NCBI GenBank assembly: GCA_964409875.1 | Contig: CAYPEN010000001.1 | Span: 134,637 to 198,636 of the forward strand | DNA from: an uncultured Gammaproteobacteria bacterium | Lineage (GTDB): Bacteria > Patescibacteriota > Microgenomatia > Levybacterales > GWA1-39-11 | Direction: 5' to 3' | DNA length: 64,000 nt | In this document: positions 18,629 to 28,137 of the stretch, in pieces | Layout: each line of letters starts with the position of its first letter | Position numbering within the stretch: position 1 is the first letter of the stretch | Made by a program: the position numbers and the translations under genes | Notes under the pieces: model-generated | What the model was told of the DNA's origin: nothing | What the model saw: the letters and a program-made list of their open reading frames with translations, nothing else | Database searches by the model: none

Positions 18629-18655
18629 AAAGGCGTTGTGGGCGGCCTTTTTTCA
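18627..18655 (+). terminator. Putative intrinsic terminator
   Basis: aaaaggcgttgtgggcggcctttttt is an imperfect stem followed by a T-run. Confidence 0.45.
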
Positions 18656-18697
18656 TAGTAAAATGAAATCCCCTAAGAAAACAACCGAGGGCGTTTT

Positions 18698-19996
18698 ATG
18701 GAAAAAACTCAAAATAAATTGCTTGCATTATTTCCTGCATTCGGAGTGAGAAATTACCAATATTACTTTGTAGGACAGCTCATTTCGCAAATTGGGACAT
18801 GGTTGCAGATAGTATCTGAAGGGTGGCTTGTTTTGCAGCTCACCAATTCGGCTTTTCTTATCGGAGTTGTTGCTGCCTGCGCGACAGTTCCGTCGCTCCT
18901 TTTTTCACTCTTTGGAGGGGTAATTGTCGATAGGTTTAACAGAAAATACTTAATAATTGCTACTCAGGCAAGCTCAATGGTTTTGGCGCTTACTCTTGGT
19001 TTTTTGACCCTATTTCATCTGATTAATGTTTGGGAAATTGCGTTATTTGCATTTCTTTTAGGTGTTGTCAATTCGGTGGACATGCCAGCCAGACAAGCAT
19101 TTGTTTATGAGATGGTCGGTAAGGAAAAAATGGCGTCAGCAATTGCTCTGAATGCAGGAATATTCAATTCTGCACGTGTAATCGGCCCCTCAGTCGCAGG
19201 AATTTTGATAGCAATTGTAGGACCAGCCGGTGCATATCTTCTGAACGGTTTTTCTTATATTGCTGCAATTATTGTCCAATTCCTGATTGTTCCTATTGCA
19301 ACACGAAAGCACGAGGAGCATTCCCATCCAATTCAGGCTATCAAAGACGGAGTCTCATATACAATTTCGCATCCCATCATCAGGTCGTTGATTTTGCTTA
19401 CAGGTATTATAAGTATATTTGGATGGTCGTATGCAACAATCATGCCTTTCATCGCAAAAAACACATTCCATCAAGGAGCAGCGGGTCTTGGGTATCTATA
19501 CGCGGCGGCCGGAGTAGGCGCTCTTGTAGCGACCTTTCTTGTCAGCTCTATTGGTAATAAAATTAGTCCTTATACTTTTATTTTAGGTGGGAATCTATTA
19601 TTTGCATTGTCAATGATTGGTTTTTCTTCCGTCACCCATATTATTCCCGCTTACTTTTTCTTGTGCCTCGGAGGATTTGGATTGCTTTCTGCATTTGCCG
19701 TCATCAATGCACGTATCCAGCATATGGTTGAAGGGAAATTCCGCGGGCGTGTGTTAAGCCTTTATCTTTTGATGTTTGTCGGCCTATTTCCTGTCGGAAA
19801 TTTCCAAATAGGTTTTATGTCCGAACATTTTGGCCCTCAATTTGCAATACGGCTTGGAGCCTTTGTCGTTTTAGTGGCAGTTGTGGTAGGTTTTTTTGCC
19901 AGGGAAAAAATAGCAAAACAGCACGAAGAGTACGAATCCAAAAAAGAACTGGAGAGAGGAGCACGCGAAGTAGTAATGGACAGCATCAGATCATAG
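18698..19996 (+). CDS. MFS transporter (MFS_3/DUF894-like)
   Basis: About 12 TM segments, with GQLISQIGTWLQ, GGVIVDRFNRK, DMPARQAF and ARVIGP motifs. Confidence 0.92.
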   Translation: MEKTQNKLLALFPAFGVRNYQYYFVGQLISQIGTWLQIVSEGWLVLQLTNSAFLIGVVAACATVPSLLFSLFGGVIVDRFNRKYLIIATQASSMVLALTLGFLTLFHLINVWEIALFAFLLGVVNSVDMPARQAFVYEMVGKEKMASAIALNAGIFNSARVIGPSVAGILIAIVGPAGAYLLNGFSYIAAIIVQFLIVPIATRKHEEHSHPIQAIKDGVSYTISHPIIRSLILLTGIISIFGWSYATIMPFIAKNTFHQGAAGLGYLYAAAGVGALVATFLVSSIGNKISPYTFILGGNLLFALSMIGFSSVTHIIPAYFFLCLGGFGLLSAFAVINARIQHMVEGKFRGRVLSLYLLMFVGLFPVGNFQIGFMSEHFGPQFAIRLGAFVVLVAVVVGFFAREKIAKQHEEYESKKELERGAREVVMDSIRS

Positions 19997-20071
19997 CGCC
20001 CATCAGCGCTCTACGTTATTGTAAATTTTCTCCATTTGTCAGATAGTAATAATAGGGAAGGAGGTGTAATT

Positions 20072-20242
20072 ATGAACTCAAAAATGAAATCCTGTTTTAC
20101 TCCGCATGTTCTGATGCATAGTCTATTTGGACTTGGTCTTGGAATTTTGCTCGCAGCGGTTATTCCGGCGCTTGCGATGTGGTGGCTTGGAGTAGTTGTT
20201 ATAGTTGTTGCTTTTGCTCTTGATGCAATGAGAAAAGAGTAA
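20072..20242 (+). CDS. Small two-TM membrane protein
   Basis: SD aaggaggtg precedes the ATG at 20072. The product is a hydrophobic 56-aa peptide. Confidence 0.7.
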   Translation: MNSKMKSCFTPHVLMHSLFGLGLGILLAAVIPALAMWWLGVVVIVVAFALDAMRKE

Positions 20243-20271
20243 TAACTAAAAATTGTGGTACTATATCGCTT

Positions 20272-21669
20272 ATGGCCGAACAGATTGCCGGTGTTTCTTC
20301 AATTCCACGCCCTGTTGATAATCTTTTTGGTAACCGTGAGCGGTGGGGTTCCCGTGCAACGCCCCCCGATAGGGAGCATTATCCTCATGTTTTTTTGTGG
20401 GATAGCGCATTTCACACTATCGTTTATGCGCATTTTGGGTATCCTGACGCTGCTGCCAATGAATTGACCGCGGTTTTGGAAGGTCAGAATAAAGATACCG
20501 GTTTTATCCCCAATATGAAATTCGGGCCGGGAAGAAGGCTTGACCCTGAAAGGGTCACATTTAAAAATCCAGAGGACTCCTCAGATTATTCACAGCCACC
20601 CCTCCTAGCGCATTCGGCCCTCGCAACATTGAAAGGGTATGAGGTTGATGATAGATATGACCAAGGCGTTGAGTTCGTAGAACAAACATATGAAGGATTG
20701 GATGCATTCTATGAATACTTCAACGCTTACCGCAAAGATGAAAAAACCGGTCTTGTGGGTGTTATCCATCCGCACGAAACAGGAAGGGATTCGGACCCTA
20801 CTTTTGATTTTGCAAAAATTAGGCTTCCGCAACCACGTCAGGGAGCACCAATTGTAAGAGGGGTTGTTGATAAATTGAATACGGGAGCTGACTATATAAG
20901 CGCTTTGGGCATTAATATGAAGCATCGGCTTTCGGGGTGGGATATATCGAAGGCAAAAGATATTTTTTGGGCGGAAGACGTGATGTTCAATTCTATTTAT
21001 GCCCAAAACCTCAAATACATGAGTTCTCTTGCCGCTATTGTGGGAGATAAGAGAAGAGCACAAGAATATTCACAAAGGCATATGGATGCGGAAAGCGCAA
21101 TTATGTCCCACATGTGGGATGGTGCGGAACGGGCGTTTTATGGGATTTCAAAAGGAAAAAGTCTTAGAACTCTTAGTGTTTCAAATCTTTTTCCGATAAT
21201 CCTTGACACAATTGATGAGGATAAGGTTGAGTCCATTTTGGCGCTCCTTGATGACCCGAAAAAGTTCAACGCGCCATATCCCATTCCCAGTGTTTCTCAG
21301 GACAATGTGTCGTATGACCCCCAGGCAACAGAAGGAAGACTCTGGAGAGGGCCTGTTTGGATGAATACGAATTGGTATATTGCAATGGGTCTTCTCAACC
21401 AGCGTGACCGTTTTAGAACTGGCAACCCTGACCTAGCAAGCCGCCTAAACGCCAGAGCATTAACAATTGCAAGAAAAAGCGCAGAGCTGGTTGATAGGGA
21501 AGGGTACCGCGAGTACTACAGCCCACGGAATGGACGTGGCATGAGAGTCAAGAATTTCGGTTGGTCTACATTAGGAGACGTCATAAAAGATACCATCCCC
21601 AACATGGAAGCATATACCATTGAAAACGGAGCGCAAGAAACCGTACAATCTAACGAACACGTTGCATGA
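20272..21669 (+). CDS. GH63/MGH1-like (alpha/alpha)6 glycoside hydrolase
   Basis: FLWDSAFH, SQPP, HETGRDS, LWRGPVWMNTNW and EYYSP...NFGWST motifs. Confidence 0.88.
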   Translation: MAEQIAGVSSIPRPVDNLFGNRERWGSRATPPDREHYPHVFLWDSAFHTIVYAHFGYPDAAANELTAVLEGQNKDTGFIPNMKFGPGRRLDPERVTFKNPEDSSDYSQPPLLAHSALATLKGYEVDDRYDQGVEFVEQTYEGLDAFYEYFNAYRKDEKTGLVGVIHPHETGRDSDPTFDFAKIRLPQPRQGAPIVRGVVDKLNTGADYISALGINMKHRLSGWDISKAKDIFWAEDVMFNSIYAQNLKYMSSLAAIVGDKRRAQEYSQRHMDAESAIMSHMWDGAERAFYGISKGKSLRTLSVSNLFPIILDTIDEDKVESILALLDDPKKFNAPYPIPSVSQDNVSYDPQATEGRLWRGPVWMNTNWYIAMGLLNQRDRFRTGNPDLASRLNARALTIARKSAELVDREGYREYYSPRNGRGMRVKNFGWSTLGDVIKDTIPNMEAYTIENGAQETVQSNEHVA

Positions 21670-22154
21670 AGAAAAAATATGGCATAGGCCTTGTCATCGG
21701 CCGCTTTCAACCCTTCCACAACGGACATAAATTCCTCATCGAGGAAGCGTTGAAATTGTGTGACCAAATTATTATCGGTATTGGCAGCTCAAATAAATCA
21801 GACGAAAAAAATCCATATAGCGCAAAAGAGAGAGCCAAACACATCAAAAAATTCCTTAAAGAAGAACATTTGGAAGAGAAGGTCATTGCCGTTCTAAAGC
21901 TTTACGACAATCCCGATGACGATGTATGGTTTGAGAATTTATATAAAAAAACCGGACCATTTGATGTGACGATAGGGAATAATCCTTGGAACAATGGCAT
22001 TATTGAGCGGCATGGAATCCCTGCAGTCTATATAGGGTTTCATAAAAGAAGGACGTTGGAGGGAATTAAAATCAGGGCGCTCATGAAGCAAAATAAAAAA
22101 TGGGAAGAACGGGTGCCACAGTATTTAGTAGAAGCAATCAGAAAGACCTCTTAA
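21666..22154 (+). CDS. Nicotinamide-nucleotide adenylyltransferase-like (NadM family)
   Basis: IGRFQPFHNGH (HxGH motif), IGIGSS and NPYSAKER. Confidence 0.85.
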   Translation: MKKKYGIGLVIGRFQPFHNGHKFLIEEALKLCDQIIIGIGSSNKSDEKNPYSAKERAKHIKKFLKEEHLEEKVIAVLKLYDNPDDDVWFENLYKKTGPFDVTIGNNPWNNGIIERHGIPAVYIGFHKRRTLEGIKIRALMKQNKKWEERVPQYLVEAIRKTS

Positions 22155-22290
22155 GATATTCTTGTTTTCTTTCCTCGTAGGGACTAGTCTTAAAAAGACT
22201 ATGTATTTGGCAGAAATTATAGTTTTTGTTTTTTAAAGCCGGCCTTGTTGCCGGTTTTTTTCTGTCAAAAAAGAAAGGAGGTGAAAAAAC

Positions 22291-23835
22291 ATGAATTGTA
22301 AGAAAATTTTAGTTTCGACTTTTGCTGCGGGTCTTGTTTTTGCTGCAACTGCGCTGCCTACATTTGCAGATACTACAGTGGTTGTCACCTCACCGGCCTT
22401 GGCAGTTAATGTCGCCGACGTAATAGCACACCCAACAAAGTGGTTTTTCTATAATGATGAAACAGATACTATCGACAACACATTGGGATCGTTTGTTTCA
22501 GGACCTTCTACTGCTCCATTCGGTGCGGGAAGTGCCCAGATTTCAGTAGCCGGAACGCAACGGAGAAATTTGGCAACATATCAGTTTTCTGGTACAAAAC
22601 TTTCAGATATAATGGTTTTAAAGTTTAGTACATACAATCCGTCTGCCGGAAATGGTGGAGGAGCGAACAGATCAGGATATTTAAACTTCAACGTGGATTT
22701 TAATGGTTCGGATACCTGGCAAAGAAGGCTCGTGTATGTTCCGTCGCAAAATGGTTCAGTTGTACAAGATTCTTGGAAGGAGTGGGATGCTATAAATGGT
22801 GGTAATGCAATGTGGACATGGTCTGGGTTTGCAGGCAACGGAAACAAATGGCCTGATAATAATACCAACGAATATCGAACATGGAGCGATATAGTATCTG
22901 CATTTCCAAACATTCGAGTTCGGGTAACTGATTCTTGGTTAGGTATTAGAGTTGGAGAACCATATGCCGATGGTTATACCGAGAATATTGATGGATTTAA
23001 ATTCGGAACAGCTGCTGGTACCACAACATACGATTTCGATCCTTATGTTGCGCCTTCTGTTCCGACTATTACTGTACCTGCCAATGGAGCTCATGTAACT
23101 TCAGCGGCACTTGTAAAAGTTGATTGGTCGAATTCGACAGGAACGAATCCGCCTTTTGAGTATCAGTACGAGGCCTATGGGGATAGTGGATATTCAAGCC
23201 TCATTTATTCCAGCGGGTGGCTCTCAAGTTCTGAAATTCCGACTCCCGGAACACCGGTTGGCGATTATTGGATAAGAGTTAGAGCAAAAGATGCTACGGG
23301 AACGATGAGCACTTGGAGTAATGACACTGGTAATCCTTATCACTTCACAGTTGACCCGCTCATTGGCCCGCCGACCTTGGTAAGTCAATGCAAAAATAAC
23401 GGATGGCAGACATTCAACAATCCATCGTTTAAAGACCAGGGAACATGCGTGTCCTACGTGAGAGCACATTCTCATAGCGTCCTTGGTAATGTCAAGTACA
23501 CGGTGTATGGCCTCGCACGAACTGCGCAATTTGCAGCTGACACTGCAGATGGCGGAGGAGCATTCCAATACTCCGATGCAAATCATGCTTGGTACAGAGT
23601 GCTTATCACCTCACTAAAGGTTGACGGACATAATGCCTGGTTTGCCGGACGAGTCTGGCAGGCAAGCAACCCTTCATGGGTTGGACAATGGCTATTTGCC
23701 AAAGTAAATGACAGTAGCCCAAAGCGGATTTGGGGAAGTTTTACGACCCAATCAGCTGCTGAAAACGGTGTCGCTACAATGGCAACGCCGGCAGACGGAC
23801 CATTCAACACAATTGGTGCACTCGTCGTGCATTGA
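22291..23835 (+). CDS. Secreted multidomain beta-rich protein
   Basis: SD aaggaggtga and a signal peptide ending in TFA. It has an Ig/Fn3-like segment (YWIRVRAKD) and the motif CKNNGWQTF...FKDQGTCVSY. Confidence 0.82.
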   Translation: MNCKKILVSTFAAGLVFAATALPTFADTTVVVTSPALAVNVADVIAHPTKWFFYNDETDTIDNTLGSFVSGPSTAPFGAGSAQISVAGTQRRNLATYQFSGTKLSDIMVLKFSTYNPSAGNGGGANRSGYLNFNVDFNGSDTWQRRLVYVPSQNGSVVQDSWKEWDAINGGNAMWTWSGFAGNGNKWPDNNTNEYRTWSDIVSAFPNIRVRVTDSWLGIRVGEPYADGYTENIDGFKFGTAAGTTTYDFDPYVAPSVPTITVPANGAHVTSAALVKVDWSNSTGTNPPFEYQYEAYGDSGYSSLIYSSGWLSSSEIPTPGTPVGDYWIRVRAKDATGTMSTWSNDTGNPYHFTVDPLIGPPTLVSQCKNNGWQTFNNPSFKDQGTCVSYVRAHSHSVLGNVKYTVYGLARTAQFAADTADGGGAFQYSDANHAWYRVLITSLKVDGHNAWFAGRVWQASNPSWVGQWLFAKVNDSSPKRIWGSFTTQSAAENGVATMATPADGPFNTIGALVVH

Positions 23836-23845
23836 GTGTTGATGC

Positions 23846-23880
23846 AAAAATGACCCACTCTTGCCCGTGGGTTGTTTTTG
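23846..23880 (+). terminator. Intrinsic terminator
   Basis: aaaaatgacccac-tcttgccc-gtgggttgttttt. Confidence 0.65.
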
Positions 23881-23916
23881 TTTGATTTGAAGCTATCCGA
23901 GGTGTAAAATTTACCG

Positions 23917-24483
23917 ATGAGTAATGAGCATGATCTTCCGCAAGGACAGGATTGGATACCTGATGTGTTACCTTCTGACCTTCTCACCCGTGAAACCGAA
24001 TACCATTTCGGAAACGGCTTTCAAATGGCACTCCTTCGGATTGCTGAGGCCGAATGTGATATCCCATGGCAAGACCTGGTAAGAAAATATATGTTTTTAG
24101 GAGTAGGAAGTTATTTGGGTAGGGTTAACGGTGAGTATCAGTTTATACGTCGTGTTGGAGAAGATGAGAGGGCAATAAGCCTTGAAGATGGGGTTGAATG
24201 GGAAGGGACACATTGGAAAGAGATAGCCCGGCCAAACCCTTTAGAAAATGAGATTATATTTAAAGCAAGGGACAAAGCGCCTTACAAGTTGTTGGAAATT
24301 GCCGATAACTTTGGTGTTTCGATTCCCAATATGCTAGAAAGGGCATTGGATTTGGGATTAAGGATGAGTTATGAATTGCGCTACAGAGATGATATTGCAT
24401 ATTATCTTAAGACGCATCAAGGAGGAGTAACAAGAATTGATGAGCGGAAGTTGGGGAATATTTCTTCTGACACCAATGCTTGA
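23917..24483 (+). CDS. Hypothetical protein
   Basis: 188-aa ORF with a -10-like TAAAAT just upstream of the ATG. Confidence 0.7.
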   Translation: MSNEHDLPQGQDWIPDVLPSDLLTRETEYHFGNGFQMALLRIAEAECDIPWQDLVRKYMFLGVGSYLGRVNGEYQFIRRVGEDERAISLEDGVEWEGTHWKEIARPNPLENEIIFKARDKAPYKLLEIADNFGVSIPNMLERALDLGLRMSYELRYRDDIAYYLKTHQGGVTRIDERKLGNISSDTNA

Positions 24484-24515
24484 CGTATACAAAAAAGAGT
24501 TTAAAATTTCCAACC

Positions 24516-24908
24516 ATGACAATTGAAGCAGAATATTACCGGTGGGGAAGACATAAATGTGAATGGGTTTACCGTGGAGTTGAAGAAGTTGCCGAAAATG
24601 ATGTAGTAAACCATTATTTTTTGCCGGCTACGGTTGAGATGATGACAGATGAAGATGCAAGAGGAAATTTAGCAAACATCGTGGTTAAAAATGACAGTTT
24701 GATGAGAATAAGGGCGACGTTATGGAGAAATGGGGCTGGCGAGGAAATAAGTACTGCATTTCCAATCCTTCTTGTTGCAGGTGAGATATTGACACTGAAT
24801 AATAACAATCTCAAGATGGACTTGAGTTTTTCAAACGAGCCAATTGTTCAACGGTTTGGGCAAGTTCCTCAAGGCGCCTCCTTACAGCAAATCCAAGATC
24901 AGGGTTGA
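24516..24908 (+). CDS. Hypothetical protein
   Basis: Open frame. The ATG at 24516 is the likely start. Confidence 0.6.
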   Translation: MTIEAEYYRWGRHKCEWVYRGVEEVAENDVVNHYFLPATVEMMTDEDARGNLANIVVKNDSLMRIRATLWRNGAGEEISTAFPILLVAGEILTLNNNNLKMDLSFSNEPIVQRFGQVPQGASLQQIQDQG

Positions 24909-24953
24909 CCAACCGAAGTTTTGTCTCCTGTATCCCTCACCGGTTTCAGGATT
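24882..24953 (-). pseudogene. Duplicated 3' fragment of the adjacent GH63-like gene
   Basis: It encodes NPETGEGYRRQNFGWSTLILDLL*, identical in amino acids to the near-terminal 23 aa of 24974..26236. 24904-24953 and 25002-25051 match at 47 of 50 nt. Confidence 0.85.
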
Positions 24954-24973
24954 ATCGCTCAATCCTGAAACGA

Positions 24974-26236
24974 TTACTGTTCAAGTAAATCTAAAATAAG
25001 AGTTGACCAACCGAAGTTTTGTCTCCTATATCCCTCCCCAGTTTCAGGATTGTAGTACTCGCGAAAGCCGTGAGCCTCAATCATCTTTTCCATTTTTGAA
25101 ATTACCTCTTTTGCAACTGTATTATATCCGTGTTTTTGCAGTCCCTTTATGACAAACCAATTTGTCGCAAGCCATGTCGGCCCTCGCCATAGAAGTTTTA
25201 CTTGATGGAATGGCGTATCGTGAGGCACATAATATTTTTCGTCCTTTGCAACTGAAGGGAAGGGGTAGGGTGTAAAAAACTCATTGGGATTAAGTACATG
25301 CTCTTCAACAAGAGTTTTTAATTTCTCACCTTTTAGTCCATCTAAAAATAAAGGGATAAGGGAGGCAACAGTTTTGACTCGCGCGAATTTTTCATCCTTT
25401 TTATACAGTGAATAAAATATCTTGTCATGCCCGTCCCAACATTTTGAAAGCAGTGCTTTTTCACTTTTATCAGCAACCTTTTTAAAGAACACCGACTCAT
25501 TTTTGTCTCCGATTTCTAAGAAGAGTCTTGAGAGACTTCTTGCACTTTCTATAAATACAGTATTAAAAAGCAATTCTTCTACATTGAAATAGTCTTTTTC
25601 CAAAATTTTTATATTGTTAAAACGGTACCGGTGGTTGAGAAAATCCCCTTTCCGAAAAGTATAGTGCATGCGGGTTGTCTCAAGCCCGGTGTAGCCTGCG
25701 GCGTATTGGAAGACCGGGAGCTCGTCCATTCCCGACTCGTTGGGGGAAATTATTGAGACTAAATAATCGTTATCAATATCCCGGTTTTCCAAAAGCCAGC
25801 GGTGATGGGCAGCAAGCTTTGGCAAAACCTCACGAAGGAAATCTTTGTCCTTGTCTTTTTTGTAAATATATTCAACTGAAATTGGGAAAACAGGAGGCTG
25901 CGTGATTGAAGTTGTTTTGGGTCTTATAGAGAGCGCACTTTCTATATATGCCCAGTGGGGGAGCCTCTTTTTCTTTCCCCAAAAAATGATGTGTGGCAAA
26001 AATCCATTGTCCCACTGGCCTATCAAAAAATTCCTGATTTCATTTTTTGCCCACTTTGTATCAAAATGTGAAAGAACGATTGCATGAAACCCGGTGTCCC
26101 ACAGCCATTGATATACATATTCTTTGTTGGCAGGGGCGATGAATTTATAGTTGGTATTTTTCCACGAGGAGTATCCTTGAAACGTATTGCCTTCAAAAAT
26201 TGATTTTGCACGCAAAATGATATCGGTTTTTTTCAT
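24974..26236 (-). CDS. GH63/MGH1-like glycoside hydrolase (second copy)
   Basis: QWLWDTGFHAI, ITQPP, NESGMDE, LWRGPTWLATNW and FREYYNPETGEG...FGWST motifs. Confidence 0.9.
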   Translation of the reverse strand: MKKTDIILRAKSIFEGNTFQGYSSWKNTNYKFIAPANKEYVYQWLWDTGFHAIVLSHFDTKWAKNEIRNFLIGQWDNGFLPHIIFWGKKKRLPHWAYIESALSIRPKTTSITQPPVFPISVEYIYKKDKDKDFLREVLPKLAAHHRWLLENRDIDNDYLVSIISPNESGMDELPVFQYAAGYTGLETTRMHYTFRKGDFLNHRYRFNNIKILEKDYFNVEELLFNTVFIESARSLSRLFLEIGDKNESVFFKKVADKSEKALLSKCWDGHDKIFYSLYKKDEKFARVKTVASLIPLFLDGLKGEKLKTLVEEHVLNPNEFFTPYPFPSVAKDEKYYVPHDTPFHQVKLLWRGPTWLATNWFVIKGLQKHGYNTVAKEVISKMEKMIEAHGFREYYNPETGEGYRRQNFGWSTLILDLLEQ

Positions 26237-26262
26237 TGTAAATTAATAATAACACCCAAGAA

Positions 26263-26802
26263 CTATTCGTTTGGGTCGGGGGGGAGGAATTCTTCGCCGC
26301 CGTGGTCTTCATTCTTCACGTATTCTCCGGGCTTAAGCCACTCAACATAAGGGCAACCGGTTGCTTTTCTTGCTTTACTGTCCCAACCGGCCGTGGAGCA
26401 TTTTTTCATTTTCTTTCCTTTCGCGGTTGTGTAAAGCACCAATTTGTTGCCGCAGGTAGGACACTCTTCATCAAGTTCTTCGGTAGTACCATTTACCCAT
26501 TCTACAAAGTCACATCCTTCAGCTTTTTTTGTCTCTGCGTTCCATACATTTGTAGAGCACTTTTTCATCTTTTTCCCAAAACGGGTAAAGGCAATGACTA
26601 ACGGTGAGCCGCATTTTGGGCATTTTTCATCTATCGTTTCGGGTGGAGTCTCCAACCATTTTACGTAGTCACAGCCGATATTTTTCTTTGTCTCTTTATC
26701 CCAATATCCTTGAGAACATCTTTGCAGTTTGCGGCCTGATGGCGTTGTTGTTGGTTCTTGGAGGGGAGCTCCGCATTTGGGGCATCGTTGGTCTTCAGAC
26801 AT
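26263..26802 (-). CDS. Stand-alone topoisomerase-type C4 zinc-ribbon repeat protein
   Basis: Three repeats of CPxCGxxL...GxKxxxCS...W...GCx(Y/F)VxW. Confidence 0.85.
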   Translation of the reverse strand: MSEDQRCPKCGAPLQEPTTTPSGRKLQRCSQGYWDKETKKNIGCDYVKWLETPPETIDEKCPKCGSPLVIAFTRFGKKMKKCSTNVWNAETKKAEGCDFVEWVNGTTEELDEECPTCGNKLVLYTTAKGKKMKKCSTAGWDSKARKATGCPYVEWLKPGEYVKNEDHGGEEFLPPDPNE

Positions 26803-26843
26803 AGAAGATAATGGTAGGGGTTTTAGAAAACTATGTCAAGAGT

Positions 26844-27461
26844 CTAAAATCCGAGTTGTTCTTTGACAAAAATGACTGTGATTCTGCCTGGTTTTATTTC
26901 TGAGTTTACGATAAGAAGTTTTCGTACTTCGCTATGTACCTGAGGTCCATATTGCCCCTTTAGCCTTTTGTCCTCTTGAGGGAGTATGTAGTCGTAAATT
27001 CTTGAAAATCCCTCATCAAGATTTTTTACAATTTTTTTAGTACTTACAACCCACACCACATGCGATGACCCATAGGCATAGGTGGGTAGCTGGCTTCCGG
27101 TATTTGAGGCAACCATAACCTTGCCATCTTCGGTCACTGCGTGAACACTTCCTAATACGTATTCGGAAGCGGCCCCTAATTTTTGCATTTCAAGATGGTC
27201 TTTCTCTCTGTCCAACTTGTTCAGTTTTGATTTTACTGAATCATAGTTTCCGCTCTCATTTATCTCTTGAGTAAGACCAAGAGTATCGAGTGTACGAGAG
27301 GTTGCAGTCATAACCTCTGCTCCTTTTGGGATTAGGTTTAAAACTGCCTCTTTTGCGTCCGTTCCATTTTCTGTGATGAGTACGTGAAACCCATTTTTTT
27401 CTAGAGACACTTTGGTCTGCTGTAGTGTTTCGTCGTCTGCAAGTTGACTAAAATCTTTCAT
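26844..27461 (-). CDS. LUD domain (LutC/YkgG-like) protein
   Basis: GSVHAVTEDGKVMVASNTGSQL and STKKIVKNLDEG motifs. Confidence 0.85.
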   Translation of the reverse strand: MKDFSQLADDETLQQTKVSLEKNGFHVLITENGTDAKEAVLNLIPKGAEVMTATSRTLDTLGLTQEINESGNYDSVKSKLNKLDREKDHLEMQKLGAASEYVLGSVHAVTEDGKVMVASNTGSQLPTYAYGSSHVVWVVSTKKIVKNLDEGFSRIYDYILPQEDKRLKGQYGPQVHSEVRKLLIVNSEIKPGRITVIFVKEQLGF

Positions 27462-27583
27462 ACGGTATAATTTATCCTAAAGCTATCATTCCAGCAAGTA
27501 CCCACAAAAAAGTAGGGTACATACTATGATGATACTAAGTCACCATTCAGCTAATATTAAGAATAGGTAAGTAACATACAAAT

Positions 27584-27910
27584 ATGCAGCAGCAAAAAAC
27601 ACTCGGATGCTCGTCAGTGAAGACAACACTCGATGTGATAGGTGGAAAGTGGAAGCCTCTTATTATGTTTCTTCTGGTTAAGCGCACCATGCGCTTTTCC
27701 GAGCTCCAAAAGAGTATTGCGGGTATCACTCAGAAAATGCTTACTCAGCAGTTGCGTGAGCTTGAAAGTGACGGTCTTGTCTCCCGCAAAGTATTTCCAC
27801 AAGTTCCTCCCAGGGTGGAGTATTCAATAACTACCCATGGCAAAACTTTGCTTCCTGTTCTTGATACGATGCACAAATGGGGAGAGAACCACAAAAGGCT
27901 AGCTGTTTAG
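27584..27910 (+). CDS. HxlR-family winged-helix transcriptional regulator
   Basis: IGGKWKPLI, RFSELQ, ITQKMLTQQLRELE and PPRVEYS motifs. It is divergent from the LUD gene. Confidence 0.95.
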   Translation: MQQQKTLGCSSVKTTLDVIGGKWKPLIMFLLVKRTMRFSELQKSIAGITQKMLTQQLRELESDGLVSRKVFPQVPPRVEYSITTHGKTLLPVLDTMHKWGENHKRLAV

Positions 27911-27913
27911 CCA

Positions 27914-28075
27914 CTATTTCATCTTCACTTTGATTTGTTGAAAGGGTACGGTTATTTGAGGATTTTCCGGGATAGTATACCTGACCTGTTTTGGGTTGTA
28001 GCCTACAAGAATTACTAAAGCGATAAAGAGTATGATGCCGACACAAAGTAATAGCTGCAGAAGAGAGAATTTCAT
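27914..28075 (-). CDS. Small single-TM protein
   Basis: 53-aa ORF beginning MKFSLLQLLLCVGIILFIALVILVGYNP. Confidence 0.5.
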   Translation of the reverse strand: MKFSLLQLLLCVGIILFIALVILVGYNPKQVRYTIPENPQITVPFQQIKVKMK

Positions 28076-28137
28076 ACCAATATGATACCATGTTCTCGCT
28101 TTTTGAGGATGATATGAGAGTATTGTATACTGAATAA

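Noticed and set aside
24882-25051. Diversity-generating retroelement TR/VR pair
   Set aside because: The differences are synonymous and not confined to adenines, and there is no reverse transcriptase in the window.
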